From positions 1 to 45,316 of the IMG/VR virus record IMGVR_UViG_3300045988_128825: DNA of 45,316 nt. One strand, given 5' to 3'. Below, in pieces: positions 6,448-16,472 of this stretch; position 1 is the first letter of the stretch, and every line of letters starts with the position of its first letter. Both the position numbers and the translations under genes were made by a program. The notes under the pieces are model-generated. The model searched no databases. It saw nothing but the letters and a program-made list of their open reading frames with translations, and was not told the origin of the DNA. Origin of the DNA: a virus.

Positions 6448-7921
6448 AGTTGCTTTATCAGAAAAGGATATAAAGGCATTAACAGACTTTCTTGGAAGTG
6501 TCAGTAAAGATCCTTTGGAATTCGTACGGCTTGCATTTCCATGGGGAGAACCAAATACTCAACTTGAAGATAAAGAAGGACCAGATATATGGCAGATAGA
6601 ACTGCTGAACGATATCAAAGAAGGATTAAAAACGCCAGATCAGGTTATCCGTGAAGCCGTTGCATCTGGGCATGGTATTGGAAAGTCTGCTATGGTGGCA
6701 TGGATTATTCTGTGGGCTATATCGACACATGAAGATACAAAGGGTGTTGTTACAGCTAATACAGATACACAACTCAAAACAAAAACTTGGGCAGAGTTAG
6801 CTAAATGGTATTACTTGTTTATAGCAAAAGATTTGTTCACTTATTCTGCAACAAGCATTTATTCTAACCAAGAAGGTCATGAGAAGACATGGCGTATAGA
6901 TGCAATACCATGGAATGATAGTAACCCTGCAGCGTTTGCGGGTTTACATAACCAAGGCAAGCGAACTCTGGTTATATTCGATGAAGCTTCTGAGATATCA
7001 GATATCATTTGGGAAGTAGCTGAAGGTGCAATGACAGATGCTGATACCGAAATCATTTGGTGTGTGTTCGGAAATCCTACTCAGAGTAGTGGCCGCTTTC
7101 ATGCTTGCTTTCATAAAAATAGAAGTTTATGGAACCGCAAACAAATTGATAGCCGAACTGTTAAGATAAGTAACAAGGCTGAACTTGAGGGTTGGCGGGT
7201 GCAATATGGCGAGGATAGTGACTTCTTTAAAGTTCGCGTCAAGGGCGAATTTCCTTCGGCGAGTGAGAAGCAATTTATTAGTACCGCCTTAGTTGATGAA
7301 GCAAGACGTAGGACATTGCATGAAAAGCAATTTAGATTTGCTCCTGTGATTATAGCTTGTGATCCTGCATGGACAGGCGGAGACGAAACAGTTATTTATC
7401 TTAGACAAGGGCTATTCACAAAAAAGCTCTTTGCGACTACTAAGAACGATAACGACATTGAAATAGCAGGTATATTAGCTAGATTCGAGGACGAATACAA
7501 GGCGGATGCGGTGTTTATTGATTTAGGCTATGGTACAGGAATCAAGAGCGCTGGTGACGCATGGGGCAGATCGTGGACACTGATTGCTTTTGGTGGGAAG
7601 CCAAATAGGCAAGATTGCAAAAATAAACGTGCTGAGATGTGGGCTAATATGAAAGATTGGCTGAAAGAAGGCGGGGTTATACCAGAGGATGACCAGACTT
7701 TAGCGGATGATTTAACGGGTCCTGAAACAGTACCTAATATTAGCGGGTTAATACAACTTGAAAGTAAAGAAGCTATGAAAAAGCGAGGTGTTCCCTCTCC
7801 TAATAGAGCGGATGCACTCGCTTTAACTTTTGCGCAATCTGTTGTAAGCAGAGAACAGGCGATAATAGAAGCACAATTTGATAATAGCCAAATGGTTTAT
7901 GATCCGTTTGCCGGTATGTGA
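6440..7921 (+). CDS. terL: Terminase large subunit
   Basis: Walker A-like GHGIGKS, Walker B LVIFDEAS; ATG 6440 after AAGGGGGA overlaps the terS stop (track ORF begins at 6410). Confidence 0.9.
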   Translation: MSRVALSEKDIKALTDFLGSVSKDPLEFVRLAFPWGEPNTQLEDKEGPDIWQIELLNDIKEGLKTPDQVIREAVASGHGIGKSAMVAWIILWAISTHEDTKGVVTANTDTQLKTKTWAELAKWYYLFIAKDLFTYSATSIYSNQEGHEKTWRIDAIPWNDSNPAAFAGLHNQGKRTLVIFDEASEISDIIWEVAEGAMTDADTEIIWCVFGNPTQSSGRFHACFHKNRSLWNRKQIDSRTVKISNKAELEGWRVQYGEDSDFFKVRVKGEFPSASEKQFISTALVDEARRRTLHEKQFRFAPVIIACDPAWTGGDETVIYLRQGLFTKKLFATTKNDNDIEIAGILARFEDEYKADAVFIDLGYGTGIKSAGDAWGRSWTLIAFGGKPNRQDCKNKRAEMWANMKDWLKEGGVIPEDDQTLADDLTGPETVPNISGLIQLESKEAMKKRGVPSPNRADALALTFAQSVVSREQAIIEAQFDNSQMVYDPFAGM

Positions 7922-7935
7922 AGGGAGGTGAGACT

Positions 7936-8169
7936 ATGCATAAGATTATAATGCAGTTACATGGTGGCGGCGGAGGTGGCGGCAGTGTTGACCCGATCAA
8001 ACAAAGCGCACCTGGAAGCACGGCTGCTGCCACGATTGATAACGCTACAGAGGGAGAGCGACAAAGCCTGTTTGAAAAACTCTCTAAAGCCCGTGGTAGG
8101 AATTATACAAACAAAACTGGTGGTCAGATTACTTCGGATAGTGTTAAGAAAATGTTGTTGGGAGAATGA
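7936..8169 (+). CDS. 77-aa Gly-run protein between terminase and portal
   Basis: ATG 7936 after GGGAGGTGAG; MHKIIMQLHGGGGGGGSVDP... Confidence 0.5.
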   Translation: MHKIIMQLHGGGGGGGSVDPIKQSAPGSTAAATIDNATEGERQSLFEKLSKARGRNYTNKTGGQITSDSVKKMLLGE

Positions 8170-9863
8170 TTATGAATATCAAAGATATGCTGCTAGACAG
8201 CGATAGATTAAAGCGAAAACAACATACCATTTCCCAGCTATACACGTTACGCAGTCAATATGAGCCAACATGGAAAATGCTTAGCCGGTATATCAATCCA
8301 ACACGAGGGCGATTTGAGGTGGATATTCAAAGTACAGAAGGTCATCGACGTGACGAGTATCTTATAGACCCTCACCCTCAAAAAGCTGTTGGTAAATGTG
8401 CAGCAGGCATTCACAGTGGGTTAACATCGCCGTCAAGACCGTGGTTTGAGCTTGGTCTGCAAGACGAAGAAAAAGCTAATTATCATACAGTCAGAATGTG
8501 GCTCGATGACTGCCAGGAGATTATGAGCAGCATTTATTCTAAGAGCAATGCTTATAATATGCTGCAGCAGATTGAGGCAGAGATGGCCCAGTTTGGTACA
8601 GGCGCCTCTTTGATGCTGGAAGATTATAACTACGGCATATGGATGCGGCCTTATACCTGCGGGGAATATGCAGGCGGTGTAGATGCAAGAGGCAGGGTTT
8701 ATGTATTTGCAAGGCGTTTTAGATTGAGTGCTGAGCAAATCGTAAAAGAATATGGGATAGATAATGTATCGGAAAGCGTGAAGTCGGCCTATAAAAAAGG
8801 AAATATAACGACATACTTTGACGTTGAAATGCTGATAGAGCGCAATGATGATTATGATCCTAATAAATTGGCTTTAGGTAATTTCCCGTGGCGCTCATAT
8901 CACTATGAAAAAGGTGCAAACGATAAGTTTTTAAAGATATCCGGTTTTAGAGAATGCCCATTCCTTATGCCGCGCTGGACTTTGATTGCCAATAGTGTAT
9001 ATGGAGCAGGTCCAGGACATAATGCTTTAGGTGACTGTATGCAGTTACAGAAGATTGAAAAGAACAAACTTAGAGCTATCGATAATGCAGCAGACCCTGC
9101 AATGGCGTTTCCTGCCTCAATGAAAAAGCTTGATAGAAGGCCAGGAGGACTAAATTATTATCCTGATGGACTGGCGCAGCAGGCATATCCTCTCGTAGAC
9201 CCAAGGGCAAAAGCGTATGAAGGGATTGGGGCTTTGTCCCAGGAAAAAAGGCAGTCAATATCTGAAACATTTTATAATGATTTGTTTATGATGATTGCAT
9301 CTCAGGACGGACCTCAAATGACTGCGCGAGAAATTGCAGAGCGACATGAAGAAAAGCTTTTGATGCTGTCGCCGGTACTTGAGCAAATGCATAATGAAGT
9401 CCTGGAACCGATGACACTTCGCACTTTTGATATTTGTTTGAGGCATGGGTTGTTTCCGCCTATGCCGGAGGAAATTGACAAAAGCGAATTAAAAGTATCC
9501 TTCATTTCTATCTTGGCCCAGGCTCAGAAAATGGTTGAAATACCTGCTATTGAGCGTACAGTTGGATTTGTTGGTAATCTTGCTGCTGCTCAGCCTGAAG
9601 TGCTTGATATCATCAATCTTGATGAAGCTGTACGAGGTTTCGCAGAATCTACTGGCGTCAAAGAAAAGATAGTGCGTGATGAAAACGAAGTAGCTGAACT
9701 TCGCAAACAACGTGCTCAGGCACAGCAGGAACAAATGCAAGCTGAACAGATGGCTGCTGCTGCGCCTGCTGTTAGGGATTATGCTGATGCGGCTAGGTTG
9801 ATGAGTGAAACCCCTGCTAATGGTGGCAATGCATTAGATCAACTTCTGGGAGGCGGGATTTAA
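8166..9863 (+). CDS. Portal (head-tail connector) protein
   Basis: 565 aa directly after terL and before scaffold/capsid; size and position; Q/A-rich C-terminal tail. Confidence 0.8.
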   Translation: MIMNIKDMLLDSDRLKRKQHTISQLYTLRSQYEPTWKMLSRYINPTRGRFEVDIQSTEGHRRDEYLIDPHPQKAVGKCAAGIHSGLTSPSRPWFELGLQDEEKANYHTVRMWLDDCQEIMSSIYSKSNAYNMLQQIEAEMAQFGTGASLMLEDYNYGIWMRPYTCGEYAGGVDARGRVYVFARRFRLSAEQIVKEYGIDNVSESVKSAYKKGNITTYFDVEMLIERNDDYDPNKLALGNFPWRSYHYEKGANDKFLKISGFRECPFLMPRWTLIANSVYGAGPGHNALGDCMQLQKIEKNKLRAIDNAADPAMAFPASMKKLDRRPGGLNYYPDGLAQQAYPLVDPRAKAYEGIGALSQEKRQSISETFYNDLFMMIASQDGPQMTAREIAERHEEKLLMLSPVLEQMHNEVLEPMTLRTFDICLRHGLFPPMPEEIDKSELKVSFISILAQAQKMVEIPAIERTVGFVGNLAAAQPEVLDIINLDEAVRGFAESTGVKEKIVRDENEVAELRKQRAQAQQEQMQAEQMAAAAPAVRDYADAARLMSETPANGGNALDQLLGGGI

Positions 9864-10201
9864 TGAAAAACAAAAAAATGAATATGCTTGCACAACAAGC
9901 GCTGGACGACTTGGACGTTATTATGCGGACCGAGAACGGACGGCGTTTTATTTATGCCATTTTGGAAAGCACAGAGGTCGAAACAGCGGTTTTTTCATCT
10001 GAGCCATACTTCAATGCCTTCTTATCAGGTAAACGTGCTGTAGGCGTTGATTTGTTAAAGAATATCCGGATGCTGAACGATGGACATTCTTTGGAAATGC
10101 TGATGCGTAATGAAGCAGAGAGCGCTAGACACCCTCCTGATTTAGAAGATGATGACCTTTTTAAAGTAGATAACGACATAGCGGAGGTAAAACATGAATA
10201 A
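9863..10201 (+). CDS. Hypothetical head-module protein
   Basis: 112 aa, ATG overlaps the portal stop. Confidence 0.55.
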   Translation: MKNKKMNMLAQQALDDLDVIMRTENGRRFIYAILESTEVETAVFSSEPYFNAFLSGKRAVGVDLLKNIRMLNDGHSLEMLMRNEAESARHPPDLEDDDLFKVDNDIAEVKHE

Positions 10202-10832
10202 GTTTACACAAATGTTTTTTGAAGCAGATGGTGCTGGTGGAGGCGGTGAACCTGCTCCCTCTGGTGACCCGTTTGTAACAGAACCTGCTCCGGCAGTTGA
10301 GCCGAGTGGAGAGCCAACGCCTGCAGGTGACGGTGATCCTGTAACTACACCTAAAAATGTATTTGATGATCCTGTGCAAGAGCCTGTTGTTCCTGATAAA
10401 TATGAGTTCAACCTACAGGAAGGGCTGGAACTTTCGCCTGAACTGGAAGCTGATTTTACAGCGATTGCTAAAGACGCAAAGCTTACTCAGGAGCAGGCTA
10501 CTAAGCTGATTGATTTGCATAGCAAAGTAGTTTTAGACGTTATGCATAAGCAGGAGGAAATTGTAGACGGTTGGACTGCTGAATGCCAAAAGCAGGGGCT
10601 TATTTCTCGTGAGAACATTGCTGCTGCTAAATTAGCTGTTAATACTTTTGGCGGTGGTGAGGCTATGCAGGTACTTGTAAATACAGGTGTAGCCAATCAT
10701 CCGGCAATACAAAAAATGCTGCAAAACATTGGAGGCTTGCTTATGGAAGACCAACCGCCTGATGGGCAAGCACCTAAATCTAAGGAACTGGGCGACGCCG
10801 AGATGTTTTTCCCCGGCGGCGGGTTCAAATAA
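10194..10832 (+). CDS. Scaffolding protein (putative)
   Basis: 212 aa, acidic Pro/Glu-rich N-terminus then helical region; sits between portal and capsid genes. Confidence 0.65.
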   Translation: MNKFTQMFFEADGAGGGGEPAPSGDPFVTEPAPAVEPSGEPTPAGDGDPVTTPKNVFDDPVQEPVVPDKYEFNLQEGLELSPELEADFTAIAKDAKLTQEQATKLIDLHSKVVLDVMHKQEEIVDGWTAECQKQGLISRENIAAAKLAVNTFGGGEAMQVLVNTGVANHPAIQKMLQNIGGLLMEDQPPDGQAPKSKELGDAEMFFPGGGFK

Positions 10833-10854
10833 AAATATTAAGGAGTGGTAAATA

Positions 10855-11835
10855 ATGCCAGATTTGACAGGTTTCGCAACCCTTCAAGACTTTGCGTCTC
10901 GTCAAGGGTTCGACAAAAAGTATCAAAGAATTATTGAACTGCAAAGCAAAACAAATAAGATTTTAAAAATTATGCCGTTCAAAATGTGTAACTCTAAGGA
11001 CTATGAGGAAGCTACATTGCGTTATTCTCTGCCGGAAGTAGCGTGGAGAATGATTAACCGCGGGACTAAGCCGAGCAAGTCTAAAACTAAGCAAGTATCT
11101 TTTACTTGCGGCGAGATGGAAGCGCTGGCTGAAATCGACGAAAAACTTGCACGAAAGAACAATATGCAGGCTTCTTGGATGATGAGCGAGAATGCTGCCT
11201 TTCTTGAAGCAATGAACCAAGAAATGGCGACTACGCTTTTCTATGGCGATGAGAAAATCAATCCTGCAGGATTCACTGGTTTAGGCGCTTATTTTTACAG
11301 TAAGACTAATCAGGAGGATATTTGGGCAGATCAAATCATTGATTGTGGTGGCAAGGGTGATAACCTGACTTCTGTATGGTTTGTAGGCTTTGGAGAGCAG
11401 CAGGTATACGGCTTGTTCCCAGAAGGCGACACCGCAGGCTTTACTCATGAATATTTGGGTAAACAAAAAGTAACAAATGATAGAGGTGAGGTATTCTTTG
11501 CTCATACCAATAAATATAATTGGTCCATGGGCCTTGCGGTTAAAGATCCTCGTTATGTTGTGCGTTTGGCCAATGTTGATTTAAAAGATCCTGCTACTAC
11601 TACAATCTTCGACAAATTGATCGAGGGTTATTATCAGATTGAAAATCCTGATAATGTCAATTTGCAGATCTTCTGCAATAAGCAGTTTGAGGCTTTTATG
11701 GCTAAGGCTGCACGTAATGACAAAAATACTATGCTGTCTATTGATACAGTTGAAGGAAAACCTGTTGTTAATTTCTGGGGCGTTCCGTTCCAGCGTTGCG
11801 CAGCTATTCTGAATACTGAATCTCAGCTTGTTTAA
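10855..11835 (+). CDS. Major capsid protein (HK97-fold class inferred)
   Basis: 326 aa after AAGGAGTGG SD, follows scaffold; position and size. Confidence 0.8.
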   Translation: MPDLTGFATLQDFASRQGFDKKYQRIIELQSKTNKILKIMPFKMCNSKDYEEATLRYSLPEVAWRMINRGTKPSKSKTKQVSFTCGEMEALAEIDEKLARKNNMQASWMMSENAAFLEAMNQEMATTLFYGDEKINPAGFTGLGAYFYSKTNQEDIWADQIIDCGGKGDNLTSVWFVGFGEQQVYGLFPEGDTAGFTHEYLGKQKVTNDRGEVFFAHTNKYNWSMGLAVKDPRYVVRLANVDLKDPATTTIFDKLIEGYYQIENPDNVNLQIFCNKQFEAFMAKAARNDKNTMLSIDTVEGKPVVNFWGVPFQRCAAILNTESQLV

Positions 11836-11851
11836 AAAGGAGGAATATAAA

Positions 11852-12241
11852 ATGGCACGTATTGATGCTCAATTATTGCTGTCTGAGAATCAGGCCGTTA
11901 CCGGCACAAACGCAAACAGCAGTGTTATTGATTTAGGAAGTACAGGCGGGTTTATGCATCCGCTGTACTTTGACGTAAAACTGACCACACCAATGACTTC
12001 CGGCAAAATTACTAAAGTAAAAGTACAATCTGCTGCAACTGAGGGGTTTGATAGTCCTGCTGATGAGGTTGAGGTAAGTGTACCTGATTCTCTGATTCAA
12101 ACAAGGGCTTGTACTGTGGCACAATTCTTTTCTCCAATCAAATATGGTAATCGTTATATTAGATTGGTTTACACAGCTAGTGAGGCTGTGGGCGGCAAGG
12201 TCTTTGCTTATATGACTGACGGCGTCCAGGTAACTTTATAA
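11852..12241 (+). CDS. Capsid decoration/cement protein (putative)
   Basis: ATG 11852 after AAAGGAGGAA; 129 aa beta-rich; directly after the capsid gene, as cement proteins in BPP-1-type podoviruses. Confidence 0.5.
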   Translation: MARIDAQLLLSENQAVTGTNANSSVIDLGSTGGFMHPLYFDVKLTTPMTSGKITKVKVQSAATEGFDSPADEVEVSVPDSLIQTRACTVAQFFSPIKYGNRYIRLVYTASEAVGGKVFAYMTDGVQVTL

Positions 12242-12522
12242 TGGCTACTTATAAAGTAAAGCGTAATTGTTTTACTTTGGGTCGTATGTATAGGAGAGAT
12301 GAAATTGTAACCCTTGCTGATAACATTAAAGTTCCGGAACACTTCGTGAAACTTAACGTGTCGGCTATAACAGCTCTCCATCATGATGAGCCGCGTTATC
12401 TGCAATATGAAGCAATGAACTTTAATGATTTAAAAGAATTGGCCAAAGAACAGGGAATCAAAACAAGTCAGAAATCCAGGGAAACTATTATTAGTGAATT
12501 AGTGGCACTGGCTCAAGAATAA
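12241..12522 (+). CDS. Hypothetical head protein with C-terminal HeH/Rho-N-like motif
   Basis: 93 aa; MNFNDLKELAKEQGIKTSQKSRETIISELV resembles the helix-extended-helix motif. Confidence 0.55.
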   Translation: MATYKVKRNCFTLGRMYRRDEIVTLADNIKVPEHFVKLNVSAITALHHDEPRYLQYEAMNFNDLKELAKEQGIKTSQKSRETIISELVALAQE

Positions 12523-12526
12523 GAAT

Positions 12527-12556
12527 AGCCGGGGGCATATGCCTCCGGCTTTCTCT
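12527..12556 (+). terminator. Hairpin/terminator after the capsid genes
   Basis: AGCCGGGGGC-ATAT-GCCTCCGGCT (10 bp incl. one G-T) followed by TTTCTCT. Confidence 0.5.
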
Positions 12557-12574
12557 ATAACAGGTGGTGAAAGT

Positions 12575-13168
12575 ATGGATAAAGTTGAGATTTGTAATAT
12601 TGCTCTTAATCATATAGGCGTAGCTACAATAGAGCGGCTTGACGAAGCAAGCGAACCAGCACGAGTGTGCCGGCGTTGCTATGATTATGTCAGGCAGGCG
12701 GTTTTGAGAAAATTCCCGTGGACATTTGCAACAAGAAGCGTGCAGCTTGCCGCGCTTGCCGATGTTCCTCCTAACTGGAAATATGCATATCGGTATCCTG
12801 CTGATGCAGTGTGCTTGAGAATGATGTACAATGAGCAGTTCTGCGGACTTCCTAGAGACAATCAGTACAAAATTGTTTCTGATAAGCAGGGGAAAACCAT
12901 TTATACAAACGTTGGTAATGCATGGATTGAATATACAGTAGATGTTACTGATGCAGATTTATATGACGCTCAATTTGTAGAAGCGTTTAGTTGGAAATTA
13001 GCAGCAGAGATTGCTTATGCGCTGACAGGTAAATTAGATTTGGCTCAAATGTGCATTCAGGCATACAATGCATATTTTTCGGAAGCAAGCGCAGCAGATG
13101 CGGATGAAGAGAATTTGCTGGACCCGCATGTCGATAGATTAGCGGCGGCAAGATTTACGGGGGCATAA
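12575..13168 (+). CDS. Tail tubular protein A / adaptor (T7 gp11-like)
   Basis: ATG 12575 after GGTGGTGA gives 197 aa; MDKVEICNIALNHIGV...LRKFPWTFA pattern and position before the nozzle gene. Confidence 0.7.
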   Translation: MDKVEICNIALNHIGVATIERLDEASEPARVCRRCYDYVRQAVLRKFPWTFATRSVQLAALADVPPNWKYAYRYPADAVCLRMMYNEQFCGLPRDNQYKIVSDKQGKTIYTNVGNAWIEYTVDVTDADLYDAQFVEAFSWKLAAEIAYALTGKLDLAQMCIQAYNAYFSEASAADADEENLLDPHVDRLAAARFTGA

Positions 13169-13170
13169 TT

Positions 13171-15993
13171 ATGGCACTCTATCAATTAAAGTCAAGTTTT
13201 GCCGGCGGTGAATTGTCACCGTCAATGTATGGACGTACAGACATTGCTAAGTATGATAGCGGAGCTGCTACGTTAAGAAATTTCTTAGTTCTACGCTATG
13301 GCGGTGCTGCTAATAGACCCGGGTTTAAATTTATAGCGCAGACTTATAATAATAAAAAGGCTGTGCTAATACCATTTATGTACAGCACAGATCAAAATTA
13401 TATTGTTGAAATTACTGCTGGCAGATGCCAGTTTTATACAGATGGTGGTATTGTTGTTAAAGAAGATGGCACACCATATAGCATAGAAAACTTTTTTGCT
13501 GATAAAGATTTAGAAGATGCTGCAAAAATAAAATATACACAGAGTGCTGACGTGCTTTTCATTGTTCATCCTGCACATGCACCAATGACACTTACAAGAT
13601 ATGGAAGTTTAGATTGGCGCTTTGAGGCAATGGATATTACAGGTGGACCTTTTGATGCTTCTAATTTTAATAGTGCTTATATCGTTACAAAAACGCAGCA
13701 ATGGACTACTCCGGGAACATACACTGTTCATATTCCAGCAGGAATAGATTCTATAGAATATAAAATTGCTGGTGCAGGCGGTGGCGGTGGCGGAGGAAAT
13801 CATATGAGCCATGGACCATATTTATATGGTGGTAATGGTGGTAGTGGCGAACTGCTCACAGGGAAAATGACTGTAACCAGCAATAGTGACTATCAAGTGA
13901 TAGTTGGCGCCGGTGGTGCAGGCGGTGTTGGTGTAAAATATAGTGACAGTCAGACTAGCGGAAAATCAGGAGGCAATTCTTCATTTGGTAATATTTCTGC
14001 CAGAGGTGGAGGCGGCGGATACAGAGCTACTACACCATCTTACTCAAGTAGTGATGGAGAATGGCTTGGCGGCAGTGATGGTGCCAATGGTACTTCATAT
14101 GGTGCAGGCGGTGCAGGTGGTAATGGTACTAGCTGGAGCGGAACAGCAGGCAGCGGTGGTAATGGTTGGGTAGAAATTTTATATAGTGCGTCTATTGGTG
14201 ATAACACAACAGTAAAAGCATCTGATGTATATGGTGATATAACCTTGACGGCTTCTGATGATATTTTTGCTAAAAGTGATGAAGGAAGCCTTTTTGCTCT
14301 AACTCACTTTTTAGAAACAGATTATAAAAAAGGGACACCAAGCAGTACAGGCGGAAATCTGCAGGTTAGCGTATTACCGAAATCCAATGTCTATGTAGAA
14401 AGTTTTGGTTTTTGGGATGGTAATTTTAGTTTGGAAAAGTATGACCCTGTTTCTTTGCAATGGGTAAACGTAAGAACACAGAGCGGGAACAGAAGCCAGA
14501 ATTATAGCTTGACTGAGGAGAACACTTCTGAAAGTATTGCCAGTTACAGAGTTACTTCTACTGAATTCAATACAGGCGTTTGGGATGGTGAAAATGAAAA
14601 GCAAAGAGGTTATATAACCATTCAAAGCATTGGCGGAGATTATACAGGTCATGTATTGATTACTGAATATGTCAACCCTAAAGTAGTAAAAGGGATAGTA
14701 AAAAAACAGTTGGGTTCTACAGACGAAACCCGTGATTTTGCTTTTGCTGCTTGGAACGGGGAAAGGGGATATCCATCTGCAACGGGTTTTTATGAAGACC
14801 GGTTAGTATTTGCGGGAAGCAAAGGATTTCCTCAGACATTCTGGACAAGTAAAACAGGAGATTATTATAACTTTGGAACAAGCATTCCATCTGTCGATGA
14901 TGACGGAATTACGGCTACTTTAAACGGTGGACAAATGAATGGTATTAAGGCGATTATAGCTTTTGGTGAAATGCTGCTGTTAACAGCTGGCGGAGAATTT
15001 AAAGTAAGCGGCGGAGGCAAAGCTCTTTCTGGAAGCAATGTTTTAAGTCAGCCACAGGAATACAGAGGAGTGTCAGATGTTAACCCTGTTACTATCGGCA
15101 GCAGGATTATTTATGTGCAGCACCAGGGCAATATCATACGTGACCTTGCTTATAGCTATGATGTCGATAAATATACCGGTGATGATTTAAATTTATTGGC
15201 TTCGCACTTGTTTGAAGGGCATAAAATAATATCTATGACTTATCAGCAGATACCTAACAGTATTGTTTGGTGTGTACGTGATGATGGATTACTTTTAGGG
15301 CTTACGTACATTAAGGAACAGGATATCTACGCATGGCACCAACATACCACAGCAGGCGGGAAGTTTGTTAGTGTATGTAATATCGGAGGATCAACAGAAG
15401 ATAAGTTATATGCAGTTATTGAACGTGGCGGTCAGTATTATGTGGAAATAATGGAAAGCCGTGATAAAAGCACTAATGTAGAGGATCAGTTCTTCGTCGA
15501 TAGTGGAATAACTTATGAAGGAGAACCGACCGATGAAATATCTGGACTTGAGCATTTAGAAGGGTATACTGTGGCGATATTGGCTGATGGGAATGTGCTA
15601 CCCCAACAAACAGTTGAAAATGGCAAGGTTGTTCTTGGTAACAAATACAAGAAAGTTCATGTAGGGCTGCCTATTGATGCAGAAATAAAAACTTTGCCTA
15701 TAGATTTTACAGCGCAGGACGGTACATATCTAAGTCGTAAGAAGCGAATCGCTAGCTTTATCGCAATGCTTAAGGATAGCCGCGGCGGAGTATATGGAAT
15801 GCGAGATGATGCTCTCGATGAGATTAAATGGAGAAGTAACGAAGCTTACGGGGAGCCAATAGCGTTAAAAACAGAAAAAGTTAAAATTGTCGTTAAATCA
15901 GCAAGCTGGTCAGAAACACAGCAGGTAATAATTAAACAACCTGATCCTCTGCCTATGACAGTCTTGTCGCTGATACCAGAAATAGAAGGGTAA
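13171..15993 (+). CDS. Tail tubular protein B / nozzle (T7 gp12-like) with Gly-rich insertion
   Basis: 940 aa; N-terminus SSFAGGELSPSMYGRTDIAKYDSGAATLRN typical of podovirus nozzle proteins; aa ~178-338 are a Gly-rich module. Confidence 0.7.
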   Translation: MALYQLKSSFAGGELSPSMYGRTDIAKYDSGAATLRNFLVLRYGGAANRPGFKFIAQTYNNKKAVLIPFMYSTDQNYIVEITAGRCQFYTDGGIVVKEDGTPYSIENFFADKDLEDAAKIKYTQSADVLFIVHPAHAPMTLTRYGSLDWRFEAMDITGGPFDASNFNSAYIVTKTQQWTTPGTYTVHIPAGIDSIEYKIAGAGGGGGGGNHMSHGPYLYGGNGGSGELLTGKMTVTSNSDYQVIVGAGGAGGVGVKYSDSQTSGKSGGNSSFGNISARGGGGGYRATTPSYSSSDGEWLGGSDGANGTSYGAGGAGGNGTSWSGTAGSGGNGWVEILYSASIGDNTTVKASDVYGDITLTASDDIFAKSDEGSLFALTHFLETDYKKGTPSSTGGNLQVSVLPKSNVYVESFGFWDGNFSLEKYDPVSLQWVNVRTQSGNRSQNYSLTEENTSESIASYRVTSTEFNTGVWDGENEKQRGYITIQSIGGDYTGHVLITEYVNPKVVKGIVKKQLGSTDETRDFAFAAWNGERGYPSATGFYEDRLVFAGSKGFPQTFWTSKTGDYYNFGTSIPSVDDDGITATLNGGQMNGIKAIIAFGEMLLLTAGGEFKVSGGGKALSGSNVLSQPQEYRGVSDVNPVTIGSRIIYVQHQGNIIRDLAYSYDVDKYTGDDLNLLASHLFEGHKIISMTYQQIPNSIVWCVRDDGLLLGLTYIKEQDIYAWHQHTTAGGKFVSVCNIGGSTEDKLYAVIERGGQYYVEIMESRDKSTNVEDQFFVDSGITYEGEPTDEISGLEHLEGYTVAILADGNVLPQQTVENGKVVLGNKYKKVHVGLPIDAEIKTLPIDFTAQDGTYLSRKKRIASFIAMLKDSRGGVYGMRDDALDEIKWRSNEAYGEPIALKTEKVKIVVKSASWSETQQVIIKQPDPLPMTVLSLIPEIEG

Positions 15994-16001
15994 GATGTAT
16001 T

Positions 16002-16472
16002 ATGACGAAATACGAATTTGCAATACCGACAAGAGCAGATGCAGTCTACATAGCAGCAAATTTAAAAGATAATAACCGTAAAGAACTGTTTTGTGCTATT
16101 GGTGATAATGCTTTAGATGATATATTGGGTGGGATAGAGCACAGCGTCGAGGTCGGATGCCTTAGAATCGATGGAGTACCGGCTGCAGTATACGGAGTTA
16201 GAAAACCGTCTATTATGAGCGACGATGTGCGCGTATGGCTGCTTATGACGCGAGAAATGGATAATCATAGGGTATTTGTCGGACGGTATACTAAAAAGGC
16301 TGTAAAAGGGCTTTTGGAAAGATATAGCAGGCTGTATAACTGGGTCAACGTTGGAAATGATGAGATCATCCGCTGGCTTAAATGGCTCGGTGCAAAAATA
16401 CATGAACCGGAACCATATGGTATTTACGGTCTGCCGCACCATTTTTTTGAATTTAGAAAGGATGATGAATAA
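16002..16472 (+). CDS. Internal virion protein A (gp13-like, putative)
   Basis: 156 aa, position after nozzle gene as in T7-type gene order. Confidence 0.4.
   Translation: MTKYEFAIPTRADAVYIAANLKDNNRKELFCAIGDNALDDILGGIEHSVEVGCLRIDGVPAAVYGVRKPSIMSDDVRVWLLMTREMDNHRVFVGRYTKKAVKGLLERYSRLYNWVNVGNDEIIRWLKWLGAKIHEPEPYGIYGLPHHFFEFRKDDE

Noticed and set aside
7948-7985. Gly-run DNA (GGTGGCGGCGGAGGTGGCGGC) as a phase-variable tract
   Set aside because: It is a mixed GGN codon series, not a homopolymer or perfect short tandem repeat. Slippage is not especially favoured.
7961-8206. 81-aa ORF overlapping the 77-aa gene and the portal start
   Set aside because: It is an alternate frame of a GC-rich Gly-run region. 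It has no SD, and the neighbouring frames are better supported.
13943-14173. 76-aa alternate-frame ORF inside the nozzle gene
   Set aside because: It is a by-product of the GGN-rich DNA of the Gly-rich module. Its translation is low-complexity (V/A/M/Q), and it has no SD.
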